Origin: Callorhinchus milii
Taxonomy: Eukaryota
Direction: 5' to 3'
DNA: 64,000 bases
Assembly (NCBI RefSeq): GCF_018977255.1
Contig: NW_024704743.1
Span: 558,001-622,000, forward strand
Made by a program: the position numbers and the translations under genes. How positions within the stretch are numbered: position 1 is the first letter of the stretch; the number at the start of each line of letters is the position of its first letter. The notes beneath the pieces were generated by a model, which was not told where the DNA came from, did not search any database, and saw only the letters and a program-made list of their open reading frames with translations. Of the stretch, positions 14,080 through 27,078 are shown one piece after another.

Positions 14080-14386
14080 TGGATTCCTGGGGGCTCAGTG
14101 GTTTGAGCGCTCGCCTCACAAGCGAGAGGACCCGGGTTCGATCCCCAGGTCGAGGCAAAACCTTAGGCAAGTTTCCTTACTCCACACACACACACACGCT
14201 GCTGTACGCCCAGCAGCAAGTAGGAACCCGTTTGTTAGTCGATTAGCGGATCCGGGGAGTAACTATCCCTTCCAAATAAAAATTATAAGAATAATTTAGT
14301 CACTCAATCAACGACAGTTTGCGGGACACCTCTGCTTTACAGCGCATTGAACGATACGGAGCTGTTATCAAATGCAAGGATTATTA
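14080..14386 (+). mobile_element. SINE family A copy just upstream of exon 2
   Basis: Head, body and partly deleted tail. Confidence 0.85.
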
Positions 14387-14454
14387 TCCTTATTGTTTGC
14401 GGGTATTTTTTTGCGCAGACCCTCACTGCTTTGCCCTGCTTTTCTCTCTTTCAG

Positions 14455-14609
14455 TGTCTCAGGGCAACATCAGCTTGAAGAAGCAGCGGAGTCGGAGTAT
14501 TCTGAACTCGTTCCTGTGTTGCTTTCGCGACTACAATGTGGAAGCAGTCCCCACCAACAACAACACCAACGCCCACCCTCCAGTGGAAGAGAATGGGTCC
14601 ATCGCCAAG
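14455..14609 (+). CDS. CTDSPL: CTD small phosphatase-like, coding exon 2 ((V)[29 protein letters not shown]...EENGSIAK)
   Basis: Polypyrimidine tract and ttcAG acceptor, AAG|GTGCGT donor. The peptide matches the vertebrate CTDSPL N-terminus ([21 protein letters not shown]). Phase 1 in, phase 0 out. Confidence 0.95.
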
Positions 14610-15182
14610 GTGCGTGTGGCTGGGCGGGAACGGTTTCGGAGTGGGCGCGTCCTCCCGACGTGAAAACACGCGTCATTTTTGGGACCCGTGGTTAGATTGG
14701 ATTCTACCCCAATTTTTGGGGAAGTTGGAGATGGATAGACTTTGATTGATTGATCGATCGATCGATTGATTGATGCTTTACTCCCTCCACAAACTATTTC
14801 TATGTCACAATGCTGCACTCCACTTGTTAGAGGTTTAAAAGCGACTAATATTTCTGTCCCGAGTTCAATTGGACCTTTGGCTGTTGGCAATAGCTTTGGC
14901 AGCAAAGTTAAGTGCATTTCGCAACGGCTGTCTATCACTCCTGCGAGATTTATTGGCCGCATGTCATTTTCTTACAAAGAACTCTTTAAATATTTCATAT
15001 TTCGCAAACCGTAAGGCCAGTGAATAAATATTAACAAATGTTACAAATTTGTATTTTATTTTACCAGTTTTTCTGTGGCCTTTTCCAGCTGCTAAAACAT
15101 CCAAAACATGTCCCTTTTGTCAATAATCTGTCACTGAACAAAATGCTGCTGAACTTTTTGTTTTCGCTTCCGTTGCCCTCGT

Positions 15183-15527
15183 GGAGCCCTGTAGCATATT
15201 GGTTAGAGCGCTCGCCTCGTAAGCCACGGGTCCTGGGTTTGATTCCCGGCCAGGGCGAAACCTTAGGCAAGGTTCCTTACTCCACGCACAGTTTTACGAC
15301 CGGTTGTTAGTCGATCGGAGGATCGCTTTTCGGGGTTAATAATCCTTTCAATAATAATTTGGTCACTCAATCCACGACGGTTTGTGGGGACGCTGCTGCG
15401 CGTAATTGGCCGCCGCGTTTCGCCCACAAAACACACAATCAATTCACTTTACAGTGTATCCAGTGAAGGGCTTTGAGACGTCTCGGAGTCGTGATAAGGC
15501 GCTGTATCAAATGCCAGGATTATTATT
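15183..15527 (+). mobile_element. SINE family A copy
   Basis: Head to (ATT)n tail. Confidence 0.9.
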
Positions 15528-16469
15528 ACAAATACACAGTCACAACATTTTACAGAAAATTCTGTGACGTGTTTTGAAATGCGCTACAACAAATGCAAAT
15601 ATTCTTGTACAGTGTGTAACTGTAGTTGGGTTTAAGTAAAGTCAGGGTTTTAGTATTGTTTTGAGCGCTTTGTATACATAGGTGAACTGAAACTTGGATT
15701 GGAAGTAAGTCTTACCTTTACAGTACATCCCTGAGCGGACTAAGGGCCTTAAAACAGAAATAGCTAAGTGATTTATTCCGCCTTACTTTCCTCATTGAAG
15801 ATACCCTCAACGCAAAGCCATTGTTTGCGAAATAACTTCATTGTTCTTGAAATGGATATTATCCATTTATTAGTATTCCCTGTACCCAGCCAAGCGAATA
15901 ATGATTACGCTTCATTTTTATTCAGTGTATTTATTGTTGAATTTTATTACCAACCCCCGTAATTTATATGAATGTTCGCAGAAGTATTCATCAGTAATGC
16001 AAGGATTTATTACAACCACCGTGTTTTCTTCCCGCCTGGAGCCTCTCACTGTCTCTCTCGCGCGCTCGCTCGATAGCGAGGGAGGGAGGGAGGGAGAGTG
16101 AAGAAGTGGAATAAATCTTCCAGGGCGATGTTTACTATAAACAATGTTTCACAAATTTAAAGCTGTACCTGAAACTACTGAAAATCTTCCTCCTCGTGAG
16201 ATTTACCAAAATGTCAAATGCCAACAGATATTGCAGTGGGTGTAATATTAATAATAATAATAATAATCCCTTGTTTGCTTTTGATACAGCGCCTTATCAC
16301 GTCGTTGAGACGTCTCAAAGCGCTTCACAGGATATACTGTAAAGTGTCATGACTGCGTATTTTGGGGCTGAAACTCGGCCGCCAATTGCACACAGCTGCG
16401 TCATACAGTTTGAGGATGGATGAGAAGGAGGGGGAGAGAGAGAGACTATAAATGCTCTTGGCCAGTTTG

Positions 16470-16876
16470 TATTCGATACAGTGCCTTATCACGTCACTGA
16501 GACGTCTGAAATGTTTCACAGAGTATACCGTAAAGTGAATTGACTGTATATTTTGTGGGCGAAACGACTTAAAATGTAAGATTGTTCAGAATTTGGTTGG
16601 GGGGGGGGCGCGGGGGGAATTCAAGATGCGCGCAGCAGTGTACCACACTGGGATTGAGTGAGCAAATTATTATTTTTTTTGACGGATTATTCCCCCCAGA
16701 AAAGCGATCCAGCAATCGAATCGACTAACAGCCGGGTTCCTACTTACTGCTAAGTAAACAGAGGCGTGTGTGTCTGTGGAGTAAGGAAACTCGCATCGGG
16801 TTTCTGCCCGCCTAGGAATCAAATCCGTGTCCGCTCGTTTTGTGAAGCAAATGCTTTAGCCGCTGCGTTACAGGAC
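16470..16876 (-). mobile_element. SINE family A copy
   Basis: Reverse-complement match to the other copies. Confidence 0.85.
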
Positions 16877-17508
16877 AGTTTTCATTGCTATGCCGATTAT
16901 GGGGTTTGAGCCTAGCAAGGGCAAACCTACCCAGCTTACTACATAGGTATATATACAGGAAGAGCGATACAGTATTGTCCTGTTGTGTTGTCCCTATCCT
17001 GTGCTTTGTGATTACGAAGCAACAGATGGTGTAGGAGACAGTGGGTGGAACAGATGTCCGCGGACAGACCAACTGAGCGAAAGGACCACAGAATCTGGCC
17101 AGCAGCGACTGTTTCTAAGACTGCTTCCTCCCAGAGAGAGAGATTTAGGGCCTCAGCAACGCTATAGAGCAGCTTGCTTAGAGACGGTGGAGAATACTGT
17201 TTGTAACATTGAAACTCTCCCATTTGTTTGCCCACAAAACATACAGTCGTTTCACTTCGCAAGATATCCTGCGAAGCGCTCAGAGACGTCTCGGAGACGT
17301 GATAAGGCGCTACATCAAACTCAGGGATCATTAGTATTCTCTTGAGCGACCGCTGTTCGTTTTACTTTTAAGATTTTAACCGTGATTGTGTTCCCGTACC
17401 TCCCTTGACATCGGCTTTGTGTTTTTTGTGTGTTTTTTACGTTGCTTATTGATTTAGGATTTTGTCTCTTGTGTTTTCTTTTTTTGCCCGCTTTGTTACC
17501 TCCTGCAG

Positions 17509-17541
17509 TCTGACCAGGTGCAGGTCATTCCCAGTCCCAGT
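17509..17541 (+). CDS. CTDSPL: CTDSPL 33-nt microexon 3 (SDQVQVIPSPS)
   Basis: Long U-rich tract, ctgcAG acceptor, AGT|GTATGT donor, symmetric phase 0. Resembles the human GDQRQVIPIPS segment. Confidence 0.88.
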
Positions 17542-17989
17542 GTATGTATGATTTCATTTTCTTTTCTTAAAACCCTTTTTGCATGTTGCGATACGCTACC
17601 ATTTTCCGGCTTGCAAATAGCTTTCGACCTTCGGGAGCCCTGGGGCTTGTGAGCAAAAAAAAAAGCAAAGTAACTAATCCGAGAGACGCTGTGAAAATCG
17701 CCGTATTTTATTCCACCCGATGTTATTACTCCTTGCGATTAATTTCCCATTCTTTGCTCTTTTTAAAAAAAATTGTATAGTTTTAATTCCGAGTGGTTTT
17801 GGTGAGGGTTCCTTTCTCTAGTTGCATGTTAACAATTTATCAGGCACCCCGTTGATTGGGTTCACGTGGACAGTTGATCTGATTATGGAACGGAGCGTGG
17901 GAGGGGAGGTGGTGGGGGAAGTGAATGAATCGATTTTATATTGAAATGACCTCAAAAATCTCAAGCTCCCATCACCCTAGCTGTTCGCT

Positions 17990-18385
17990 CATAGAAAAAC
18001 ATAGAAACGGGAGGAGGCCATTCAGCCCTTCGAGCCTGTTCTGCCATTCTATAAGATCACGGCTGATCTGTACCTCAAGTCCAATTACCCGCCTTTGCCC
18101 CGTATCCCTTGATCCCCTGACCTAACAAACATCTAATCCACCTCAGTCTTGACAATGTGAATGGATCCACAGCCCTTTTGGGGGAGAGAGTTCCAGATTT
18201 CCACTGGCCTTTGGGTGAAAAACGGCCCCTGATTTCACTCCTAAATGGTCTGGCTCTGATTTTCAGATGACGCCCCTTGTTCTGGATTCCCCACCAGAGG
18301 AAATAGTCTCTCTGTAGCTGCCCTATCAAAAATCCCTTGATTATTTTAAACACCTCAATCATATCACCCCTCAACCGTCCATTCT
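17990..18385 (-). mobile_element. CR1 LINE 3' fragment
   Basis: RLRGDMIEVFKIIKGF remnant plus the gaatggcctcc 3' tail. Confidence 0.85.
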
Positions 18386-19623
18386 TTTCCTGTATCGGTG
18401 GCTGATGTAATAAGTGGCTCGAATAACGGCATGAAGCACCGATTTGCTGATGGCATGATTGTAGCTTTTCTTTGAAAACGCCCTCTCCCAAAAGAGAAAA
18501 AAAATAGAATTTGGTTCCAATAGGACCAACTGGTAGGATCACAAGTAAATCATCGATTTGGGTCGAAGTGAGGTAAGGTCATTTGCTTCCTGCATCCTGT
18601 GGCTGTGAAGTATTAATTTGGTGTTAAGGGGCGCTCGACTTGTCTAACCTGTTTCTGATCATATAGTTTTTTTTTCCCCTTTGCTTCTGCATTTGTGCTG
18701 ATTGGCATGTCGTGTGTTTTGGACCCAGCCAAGGTCATTCGTTCCATTCACCGCCCGAACCCAGACCCGTTTCCTTTCATTCTTTTGTAGGAATGAAAGT
18801 GGAGTTCGGGTGACTGTTGAGCAGTCATGTTGTTGGTGTTATTGGATTTTTATCATGGATTTATTCCATAGAATCGTAGGAAAGTACAGCTCTATCAATG
18901 AGATGTTTAGTCCCATGGCCCTGCCTTCCCCTACATTCACCTACAAAACACAACAGTCTTTGCACTTTCCATTATATCCTGTGAAGCACTTTGAGACATC
19001 CTACCAATGTGAAAAGATTATTATTAAACGGGTCCCCTCCTAAAAGGGAATATAAATATAGATTGTGCCTTAAACATGGTTCCAGATTCTGTGGGTAGAA
19101 CAAATCTCCCAACATCACCCCTTCCTCTTTTGAATTACCTTAAATCTTTGCCCTCTCATCACTGACTCACCGACCAGTGGAATTAATTTATCTTTGTTTA
19201 TTATCAAAGTCCCCTCATAATAAAACTCTCCACCAGATCTCCCCTCAACCTTCTGTATTCTCGAGAAAATGGCTTTGGATACAAATCGGGTCAATTTCTG
19301 CTAGAAAATAATATCTGGGGGAGACGATATATAGTTTGGGACACGACATGTCACTTAGCTGCCAGGATGGTGGAAGGCAAACTGGATGGACCTCTGTTTT
19401 CTTTCGCCAGCAAATTTTTATGTTCTTAAGTTCTGAATGGCCTGGCGATGGGATGCCCCATTTGGAGGGAATGCTTTGAATATCCTTTCCACATTTGGTG
19501 TTGATGGCCTGGATGATGCTGATCATTTTGTAACGTACACCATCTTGTGCCATAATTTAATGTGTCCCGTATTTTTAAATTTTCTTTTTTTCGTTTTGTT
19601 TCTTCTTTGTTTATTTCCTGCAG

Positions 19624-19725
19624 CCTCCGACCAAATTCCTCTTACCCGAGAGAAAAGCGAACGACGCTGGAAAGAAATGTGTAGTCATCGACTTAGATGA
19701 AACCTTAGTCCATAGTTCATTTAAG
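19624..19725 (+). CDS. CTDSPL: CTDSPL exon 4 with catalytic DxDxT motif ([34 protein letters not shown])
   Basis: AG/GT boundaries. DLDET (19690-19704) is the HAD-family FCP/SCP phosphatase motif. Confidence 0.97.
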
Positions 19726-19769
19726 GTACTGAAAATTTTATTCAATTTTATTCGCGTTTCTTCCCCGTT

Positions 19770-20480
19770 TTTCTGTTGGTAGAGGGTCTGGTCTACGAGA
19801 AGCGATTAGATAAACTGGACATGTTCACACTGGAGAAGAGAAGGTTGAGGGACGATATGATTACAGTCTTTAAGATTCTGAAGGGAATAGATAATGTAGA
19901 CCATGACAAGCTGTTTTATCTTGTATCAGAGGACACGGCCTGGGATCGAAGGGGGGTAAATTCAGAATAAATACGGGGAAACACTGCTTCATTGAGCGAG
20001 TAGTAAATTTATGGAACAGGCTCCCCAGGGAGGCAGACAGTGAAAGCAGAAAATGTTGTTTGTTTCAAGAACAAATGAAACCGATTTCTGCTAGAAAATA
20101 ATATCTGGAGGATACAGGATATAGTTTGGGACACGACATATCAAGCGACTGACAAGATGGTGGAAGGTGAACTAGATGGACTCCGGCTGCTGGGTCGGTA
20201 ACCAGAGGACACGGATTTAAGATAATTGGCAAAAGACCGAGAGGGGAGACGAGAAGAATTCTTTTTTTATCCGGAGAGTTTGTTATGGTCTGGAACACAC
20301 AGCCTGAAAGGATGGTGAAAGCAGATTCATAGCAGCTTTAAAAAGGGAATGGGAAAGGTACTTAAGAAAGAAAAATTTGCAGGGCTTTTGGGAAAGAGTA
20401 GGGGGAGTGAGACTAGTTGGGTAGCTCTTCCAAAGAGCTGGCACAGGCATGATGAGCCGAAGGGCCTCCTGTGCTGTAAG
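19770..20480 (+). mobile_element. Two adjacent CR1 LINE 3' fragments
   Basis: GLVYEKRLDKLDMFTLEKRRLRDDMITVFKILKG, followed by a second CR1 3' end. Confidence 0.85.
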
Positions 20481-21192
20481 ATTATTTGATTGTAAGAATC
20501 CTCTGGGTGCCTTTTTTTAGAAAACCTCTTAACCTCTCCCTTTGACTCTGGTAATGAACTCAAATTGGAGGATGCCTTTCCAGTTAACGACCGTCCAACC
20601 TTATTCTCCTTAACAAAACCCGACGCAGAATTTATGGGGTCTCCTTTCGGCCACCCATTGCCGCTCGCCTCAAATATCGAAATTCTTGGAAAGATGCGTT
20701 AAAAGAAATGGGGTTAGCAAATCCCAGACCTTGAGTGTATCATAAAATGCTGATATTCCAAATCTAACCTTGGTCGATACCACACAATCTACAGATACAG
20801 ATACATCATGACCATCTTCAGCGTTTCAATCGCTTCGAGTTTACTGGCCAACACTCCTCCCCCCCCCATTAAACATTTAAGTTGGTCACTCACTCCAGAG
20901 GTGTTTGTGGGACGCTGCTGTGCGAAATTGGCTGCTGCGTTTTGCCCACAAAAATACACAGTCAATCACTTCACAATATATCCTGTGAGACGTCTCAACA
21001 ACGTGATAAGCGCTATATCAAATGCAAGGATTAATAATTAATATTAATGTTTCACATTAGCCCCACAGTCTCCTTCAGACTTGCACTAACAGTGCAGCCC
21101 TTCCAGCTCAGACAACACCCCAGACTGTTCTCCAGATGCATGTCTGAGGTGTTAAATTTCTCCGCTCTTAGCCCTAAAACTATCATCTTGTG

Positions 21193-21571
21193 AAGCCCTG
21201 TAGCTGAATGGTTAGAGCTCTTGCCTCGCAAGCCAGAAGACCGGGGTTGGATTCACGGGCCGGGGGTGAAACGTTGGGCAAGTTTCCTTACTCCACACAC
21301 CCCTATTTGCCCAACAGTGAGTAGGAACCTTGTTGTTAGTCAATTGGCGGATCACTTTTCCGGGGATAAAAAATCCCTTAAGAAAAGAAACCTAAAAATT
21401 GGTCACTCAGTCAGCGACTGTTTGTGAGACATTGCGGTTTGCAATTGGCTGCCGCGTGTCGCCCACAAAAGACACAGTCAATTCACTTTACAGTATATCC
21501 CGTGAAGCGCTTTGAGACGTCTCGAAGACGTGATAAGGGGTTGTATCAAATGCAAAGATTATTATTATTAT
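21193..21571 (+). mobile_element. SINE family A copy
   Basis: Head to (ATT)n tail. Confidence 0.9.
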
Positions 21572-21937
21572 TTGCCTTTATGTTGCTTGGTCCCGAATTT
21601 CCCCTTCGCACCCTTAAGCTAGTCGCATGATATCTTCTCACCCCCCCCACCACCCCCTCGTCCCTCCTCACCACCCCCTCTGCTCCCCTAACCTCCCCCT
21701 CTGACCCCCAGCCTTGCAGAGATGACACATTTGGCTCCCCAAGCGATTTGTTGGCACAGGCTACTGAGCTCCGCTGTGAATGTTGAGCTGCAATTTTCAT
21801 CTTGTGTTTCATCTGCTACAAAGGCTACTTATATAACACAGAGCTGACATTATTTTGTGATCTGAAAAACCTGGAGCTGTGGGATGTTGTCCAGCCTTGC
21901 AGAGCAGAAAGGCAGCTTTCTATTCATAACGCAAGGG

Positions 21938-21951
21938 GCACCATCTAGTGG
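21938..21951 (-). promoter_or_regulatory. Candidate CTCF site
   Basis: The - strand reads CCACTAGATGGTGC, close to the CCASYAGRKGGCRS core, in non-repeat DNA. Confidence 0.5.
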
Positions 21952-22269
21952 TAACTTTCCAACACAAGCTTTTTGATTCCCCCACTATTTGTACTGAGTT
22001 GTTTACACAGCGCCTTGCACATCCAACACCTTGGGACGTCCTCCCGACGTGAAGGGCGCTTATACCAGTGTAATTTTGTTGTTGTTCACCAGATGGGGCA
22101 AAATGATCAGCCGTGTCTGGGTACCTGGCAAATGTAATGATAATTCAGTCTTGTCAGCTCTATTCCAGCATTGGCGCCATCGTCCAGCCTGTACCTGTAT
22201 CATTTGGCTGGCGGGAATCTTGTCTGCATAACACCGATTTTTTTATGGTTGCTTCTCATTGCTTTACAG

Positions 22270-22326
22270 CCCATTAGCAATGCTGATTTCATTGTTCCTG
22301 TTGAGATCGACGGGACTATTCATCAG
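22270..22326 (+). CDS. CTDSPL: CTDSPL exon 5 (PISNADFIVPVEIDGTIHQ)
   Basis: tacAG acceptor, CAG|GTAAGT donor, SCP-family peptide. Confidence 0.97.
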
Positions 22327-23176
22327 GTAAGTCAGTTCACAATACCACTGTGCGCTAAGGATTCCATAGAAGGCGCCAGTGAGCGCCACGGACTCGCTGT
22401 TGGGTCACTTTACTTTGTGTTATATCCTGTGAAGCGCTTTGAGATATCTTGAGGAACCGATAAGGCGCTATATCAAACGCAAATATTATTTAAGCAATTA
22501 CTGTGAATGCTTTTGTCTCGATGATTAGGTATAAAACTGATAGGTTCTTTTAAGTGCTTCAAGCTGCTCGCGGAAGATAGCTGGGCGATGTGGAAATCAC
22601 GTGTGGACACATTGTCAAAATAATTTGGGAGGAGGACAGTAACACAGAGAGGAGAGAACCCTATAAAATGTAATAACCCATCCTTGAGATGAGACGTTAA
22701 ACTGAGGTCCCGTCTAACCCTCCAGATGGATGTTAAAGACTCCTGGCACCGTTTGAGAAGAGAAGAGAAGGAAATTTCTCTCTCTCTCGTGTCAGCTTTG
22801 GCCAACAATCCGCCAGATAAGATTGGTCACTCATTTCAAGGCTGATTCTGAGGCATTGGTGGGCGCAAACTGGCTACCACCTTCGCTTAACAAAGACGCA
22901 AGTGCTTTAAAGGTCCTCCCGACCTGCGAGGACCCGGGTTCGATTCCCAGGCCAAGTTTCCCGACTCAACCTACGCAGTCAAAGAGAATAGTGAAGGTTG
23001 GAGGAACCGTGGGGCTGGTGGGAAAATGAATGGAGACCGGCGGAATTAATTCCGAAAGCTTCGAAGACGTAAATAAGCTAAGTAGATGCGAAATGTTTGG
23101 GACTGACTGCAACACGCCAGGCAGGCTGCCTTGTCTGGGGATACCGGCACCGGGAATGACACAGGATGTCCAACTG

Positions 23177-23260
23177 GCTGAGACCTGGTTCAAGTAATCC
23201 AGGATAGGCTGTGTATCTCCTGGTTGGCCTATTCTCGATTACTTGCACTAGGGGGTAGTC
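23177..23260 (+). ncRNA. MIR26A1: pre-miR-26a hairpin (mature 5p 23189-23210; 3p arm ~23228-23249)
   Basis: Exact TTCAAGTAATCCAGGATAGGCT followed by the complementary arm CCTATTCTCGATTACTTGCACT. It lies in the intron after the ...TIHQ exon, the known host intron position in CTDSP genes. Confidence 0.97.
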
Positions 23261-23744
23261 ACCACACACACAAAACCAACTCACCTGCCCGAGACCGAAG
23301 AAAAACTTGTCGAGAGAGAGAGAGAGACACACGAGGGGAGAAATTATTGATCGGTGGAGCAGCAGGAGATCACCCACAAAACAAACAGGCAATTCGCTTT
23401 GCAGCGTATCCTGTGAAGCTCTTTTGTGGCGTCTCGAACAGGTGATAAGGCAGTGCATCAAGCACAAGGATTATTATTCAACCCTTCAAGCCCGCTATTC
23501 TGGTTTCTTCCCAAAGCACACCAGGCTTCAGAGTATCCAAACCAAGCCAAACCATCCCATCTACACGTGGAAAACTCCTGAGATATTTATTGGAACGGAT
23601 AGCGGCTTTGGAAAGGGGGTTTTGAATGAGACCCTGTCCGGCGCCTTGGGACATCCTCCTGAGGGGAAAGGCGCTGTACAAATGTAATTTGTTTGGGGAT
23701 GTTGTTCGCTCAGTCCCTCACCCGGGTGTCGTGTGCTTCCACAG

Positions 23745-23837
23745 GTCTACGTATTGAAAAGGCCGCATGTGGACGAGTTCCTGCAGAAGATGGGGAAGCT
23801 CTTTGAATGCGTTCTCTTCACCGCGAGTCTAGCCAAG
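23745..23837 (+). CDS. CTDSPL: CTDSPL exon 6 ([31 protein letters not shown])
   Basis: cacAG acceptor, AAG|GTAAGA donor, SCP-family peptide. Confidence 0.97.
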
Positions 23838-24000
23838 GTAAGACAGACGCCTTTGAAAGAAGCAAGACCCTTTTCCATGTCACGCTTGCAAAGTGCTGTT
23901 CGCCGTGGGTTCTGCTGCGTTTCGCCCACAAAATACACAGTCAATTCACTTTACAGTATATGTATACACTATAACAAGCACAAGGCTAATTCACTCCTGT

Positions 24001-24405
24001 GAAGTCCCGTAGCTCCGTGGGTGGAGCACTTGCCTCGCAAGCTAGAGGTCCCGGGTTCGATTCCCGGGCAGGGCGAAACCTTAGGACATAAGTAGGACAT
24101 TAGCAGTAAGTAGGAACCCAGTTGTTATCGATTGGCAGATTGCTTTTCTGGGGGTAATAATCCCTTCAATAAAAATAAATAAAAATTTTGGGGGTAGTAA
24201 ACCCTTCATCAATAAATAAAATATAATAATAATTTAGTCACTCAATCCACAGCTATTGTTGGACGCCGCTGTGCGCAATTGGCTGCCGCATTTCGCCCAC
24301 AAAATATTCTAAATATTCAACTCACTTCACAGTATGTTCTGCGAAGCGCTTTGAGACATCTCAACAACGTGATAAGGTACTATAATCAAACGCAAGGATT
24401 ATTAT
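24001..24405 (+). mobile_element. SINE family A copy
   Basis: Head to tail, with a small internal duplication. Confidence 0.9.
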
Positions 24406-26179
24406 CATCCCATTTATCATTCCGGTAAATCTCCTCCGCACCCTCTCCAAGGCCCTGCCATCCTTCCGAAAGTGTGGTGCCCAGAATTGGACACAGTACT
24501 CCAGCTGAGGCCTAATCAGTGACTTAATTATGAAGGTTTAACGTAACTTCGGCTCGCACAGCTCCTCTCTCTCCTGCCAATCCCCCCATCTCTTGCAGAA
24601 TTGGACAACGACACCAGCACGGAAACAACAACTTGATTTATGTAGCGCCCCCTGACACAGGGCTGCGCCCCAGAGCACTCGAAACAGGCCATCCGGCCCA
24701 TCACAACTTGTGCGCATCGGTCGACCAGTCTAATTGCATTCTCCTGCTAACCGCCACACCATATTATTTAACATTCCTCCTCTGTCGGCAACCATCTGAT
24801 TCCCTTTTGAAAGCATTTACAGACCCCGCCTGTACGGTAATTTATGGCAGAGAATTCCTACCACCCTCTGCGGATGAAATGTTGGTTCGTACCTGCCCTT
24901 TAATTATTTTTCTCCTCCATTCGTGCCCTCTCATTACTTACTGCCTCCCCGACTGGTGGAAATAGCTGCACACATTATTTCCAGATGCTTTACCTTTGAT
25001 CTGCAGGGTGACTGCCCCTGTTCCAGGCACTTTGGCAGCAGAGCGTGGTATGTCGATGTTGCCTCGGCTTTAGTTTTTGGCTATAAATTTAACAGAAAGT
25101 TGTGTGTTCGAGCCTCGTGCTCGCACTCAGATGGCAGCAGCGCAGCACTGAGACAACAACAACAAATTGCATTTACACCGCACCCACCTCTCACGTCAGG
25201 AGGACGTCCCAAGGCGCGGGACAGTCGGGGATTTGGACAAGAGCAGGGGTTTGGGATCAGGAGGGGTGGTGGCCAGGAGGAAAGGAGGGTGACCGAAAGC
25301 TCGGTCGAAGAGGAGGGTCTTGAGTCGGGCCTCGAAGGAAGCAAGAGAGGTGACATTGCTTCAGCTTTTCTAGGGGTAACAATCCAAAAAGACGAAAATA
25401 ATAATAATTTGGTCATTTCAGTCCACGACTGTTTGTGGGGACGCTGCTGTGCGCAATCGGCTGCCACGTTTCGCCCACAAATATACGGTCAATTCATTTT
25501 ACAGTATATTCTGTGAAGCGCTTTGAGACGTCTCGAACATGCGATAAGGGGCTGACTTATTAATAATCAAATGCAAAGATTATTATTTAAAATGAAATTT
25601 GGTGAGTGGAAAATTGTGCCTTCTTGGTTGTCAAGCGCCACACAAACGAAAGTTGTTGTTGAGTCTGACAAACGCCTGGATATGATTTAAGCATCGCTTC
25701 AGCTCTGGGTTCTGCTCCCCGTTCGCAAATCCCTCAAGCTTTGCTGTCCCCATTCTTGCCGTAAGTCGAGAAACATTCGATCAAGAAACGTTCATTTCAT
25801 TGGCCAACCAAAAAAGGTTAGCCGCCACTGGCAACAAACGGGAAATATTGAATCAAGAGAAAGTGGGAGCAGTTTAATCAAGCGGTAGCTCTCTCGCCTC
25901 TTGAGTCAGAAGGGTGTGGGTTCGAGCCCCGGGTGGGGACTTGGAATCACGTTGTCGAAGGCTCGGGGCCTACGTGTAGTGTCGCCCTGGTTTGCTCGTC
26001 GGACAGTGAAGTTGAAAATGGCTTGCGGGCCGGATGTGGCCCGCGGGCCGCCACTTGGACCACCTTAGTCTACCACAGAAATCCTGGGCTCAACTAGGGG
26101 GTTGCCCTGTACTTTGAAATGCGTTAATCTTTACCTTTTGTCTTTCTTCCTCCCCCCCCCCGGCCTCCCCTCTTAAAAG

Positions 26180-26365
26180 TACGCTGACCCTGTGGCTGAC
26201 CTGCTGGATCGCTGGGGCGTGTTCAGAGCGAGGCTCTTCAGAGAATCGTGCGTTTTCCACAGAGGGAACTACGTCAAGGATCTCAGTCGCTTAGGAAGGG
26301 ACTTGAGCACAGTTATCATTGTAGACAATTCCCCCGCGTCCTACATCTTCCACCCTGAAAATGCA
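26180..26365 (+). CDS. CTDSPL: CTDSPL exon 7 ([62 protein letters not shown])
   Basis: AG acceptor, GCA|GTGAGT donor. [15 protein letters not shown] fits the CTDSPL paralog. Confidence 0.97.
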
Positions 26366-26545
26366 GTGAGTATTTGCCTCAAATGGCCACAAATTATTGT
26401 GCTTGATGTTTTCTTTAACTCCCCCATCTCTCTCGCTATCCCTCCACCTCCTCCCTCACTCTATCCCTCATCTGCTTTAAAATCCTACGTTAACACTTAC
26501 CTTTGGGCCACCTTCCCATTTGAGACATCTCAGTGACGCGATAAG

Positions 26546-26851
26546 GCGTCCTGTAGCTCAGTGGTTAGAGGGCTCGACCCTCGAGCGAGAGACCTGGGTT
26601 CGATTCTCGGCAGGGTAAAACCATGGGCAAGTCTCTTTACTCCAAACGCCTGAAATATAATCCCTCGAAAAAAAATATAGTAATAAATTGATCGCTCAAT
26701 CCACGTGTTTGCGGGGACGCTGCTGTGCGCAATTGTCTGCCTCGTTTCGCTCACAAAATATATGATCAATTCACTTTGCAGTGTATCCTGCGAAGCGCTT
26801 TGAGACGTCTCGAAGATGTGATAAGGCGCCGGGTCAAATGCCAGGATTATT
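26546..26851 (+). mobile_element. SINE family A copy in the last CTDSPL intron
   Basis: Head to tail. Confidence 0.85.
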
Positions 26852-26952
26852 AGTAGTAGTAGTATTATTTTAAACGCTCTGCTTCTAAGATGACGTCGAG
26901 ATCCATGTGCACAGATGGCTTACGCATCGCGCTCTCCCTCTTTGAAACGCAG

Positions 26953-27078
26953 GTGCCTGTGCAATCCTGGTTCGACGACATGTCAGACACCGAGTTGCAG
27001 GATCTGATCCCGTTCTTTGAAGGACTGAGTAAAGAAGACGATGTTTACAGTATGCTGCAACATCTCCGCAACAGGTAG
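26953..27078 (+). CDS. CTDSPL: CTDSPL last coding exon ([41 protein letters not shown])
   Basis: cgcAG acceptor and TAG stop. The C-terminus closely resembles mammalian CTDSPL ([35 protein letters not shown]). Confidence 0.97.
   Translation: MPVQSWFDDMSDTELQDLIPFFEGLSKEDDVYSMLQHLRNR

Noticed and set aside
14080..14155. tRNA-Ala/Val genes at the many gctcagtggttagagc...gggttcgattccc sites
   Set aside because: No proper acceptor stem, and each continues into the SINE body.
1..14454. CTDSPL exon 1
   Set aside because: No MD...IITQV-like peptide or CpG-island promoter recognised. Presumably upstream of the window.
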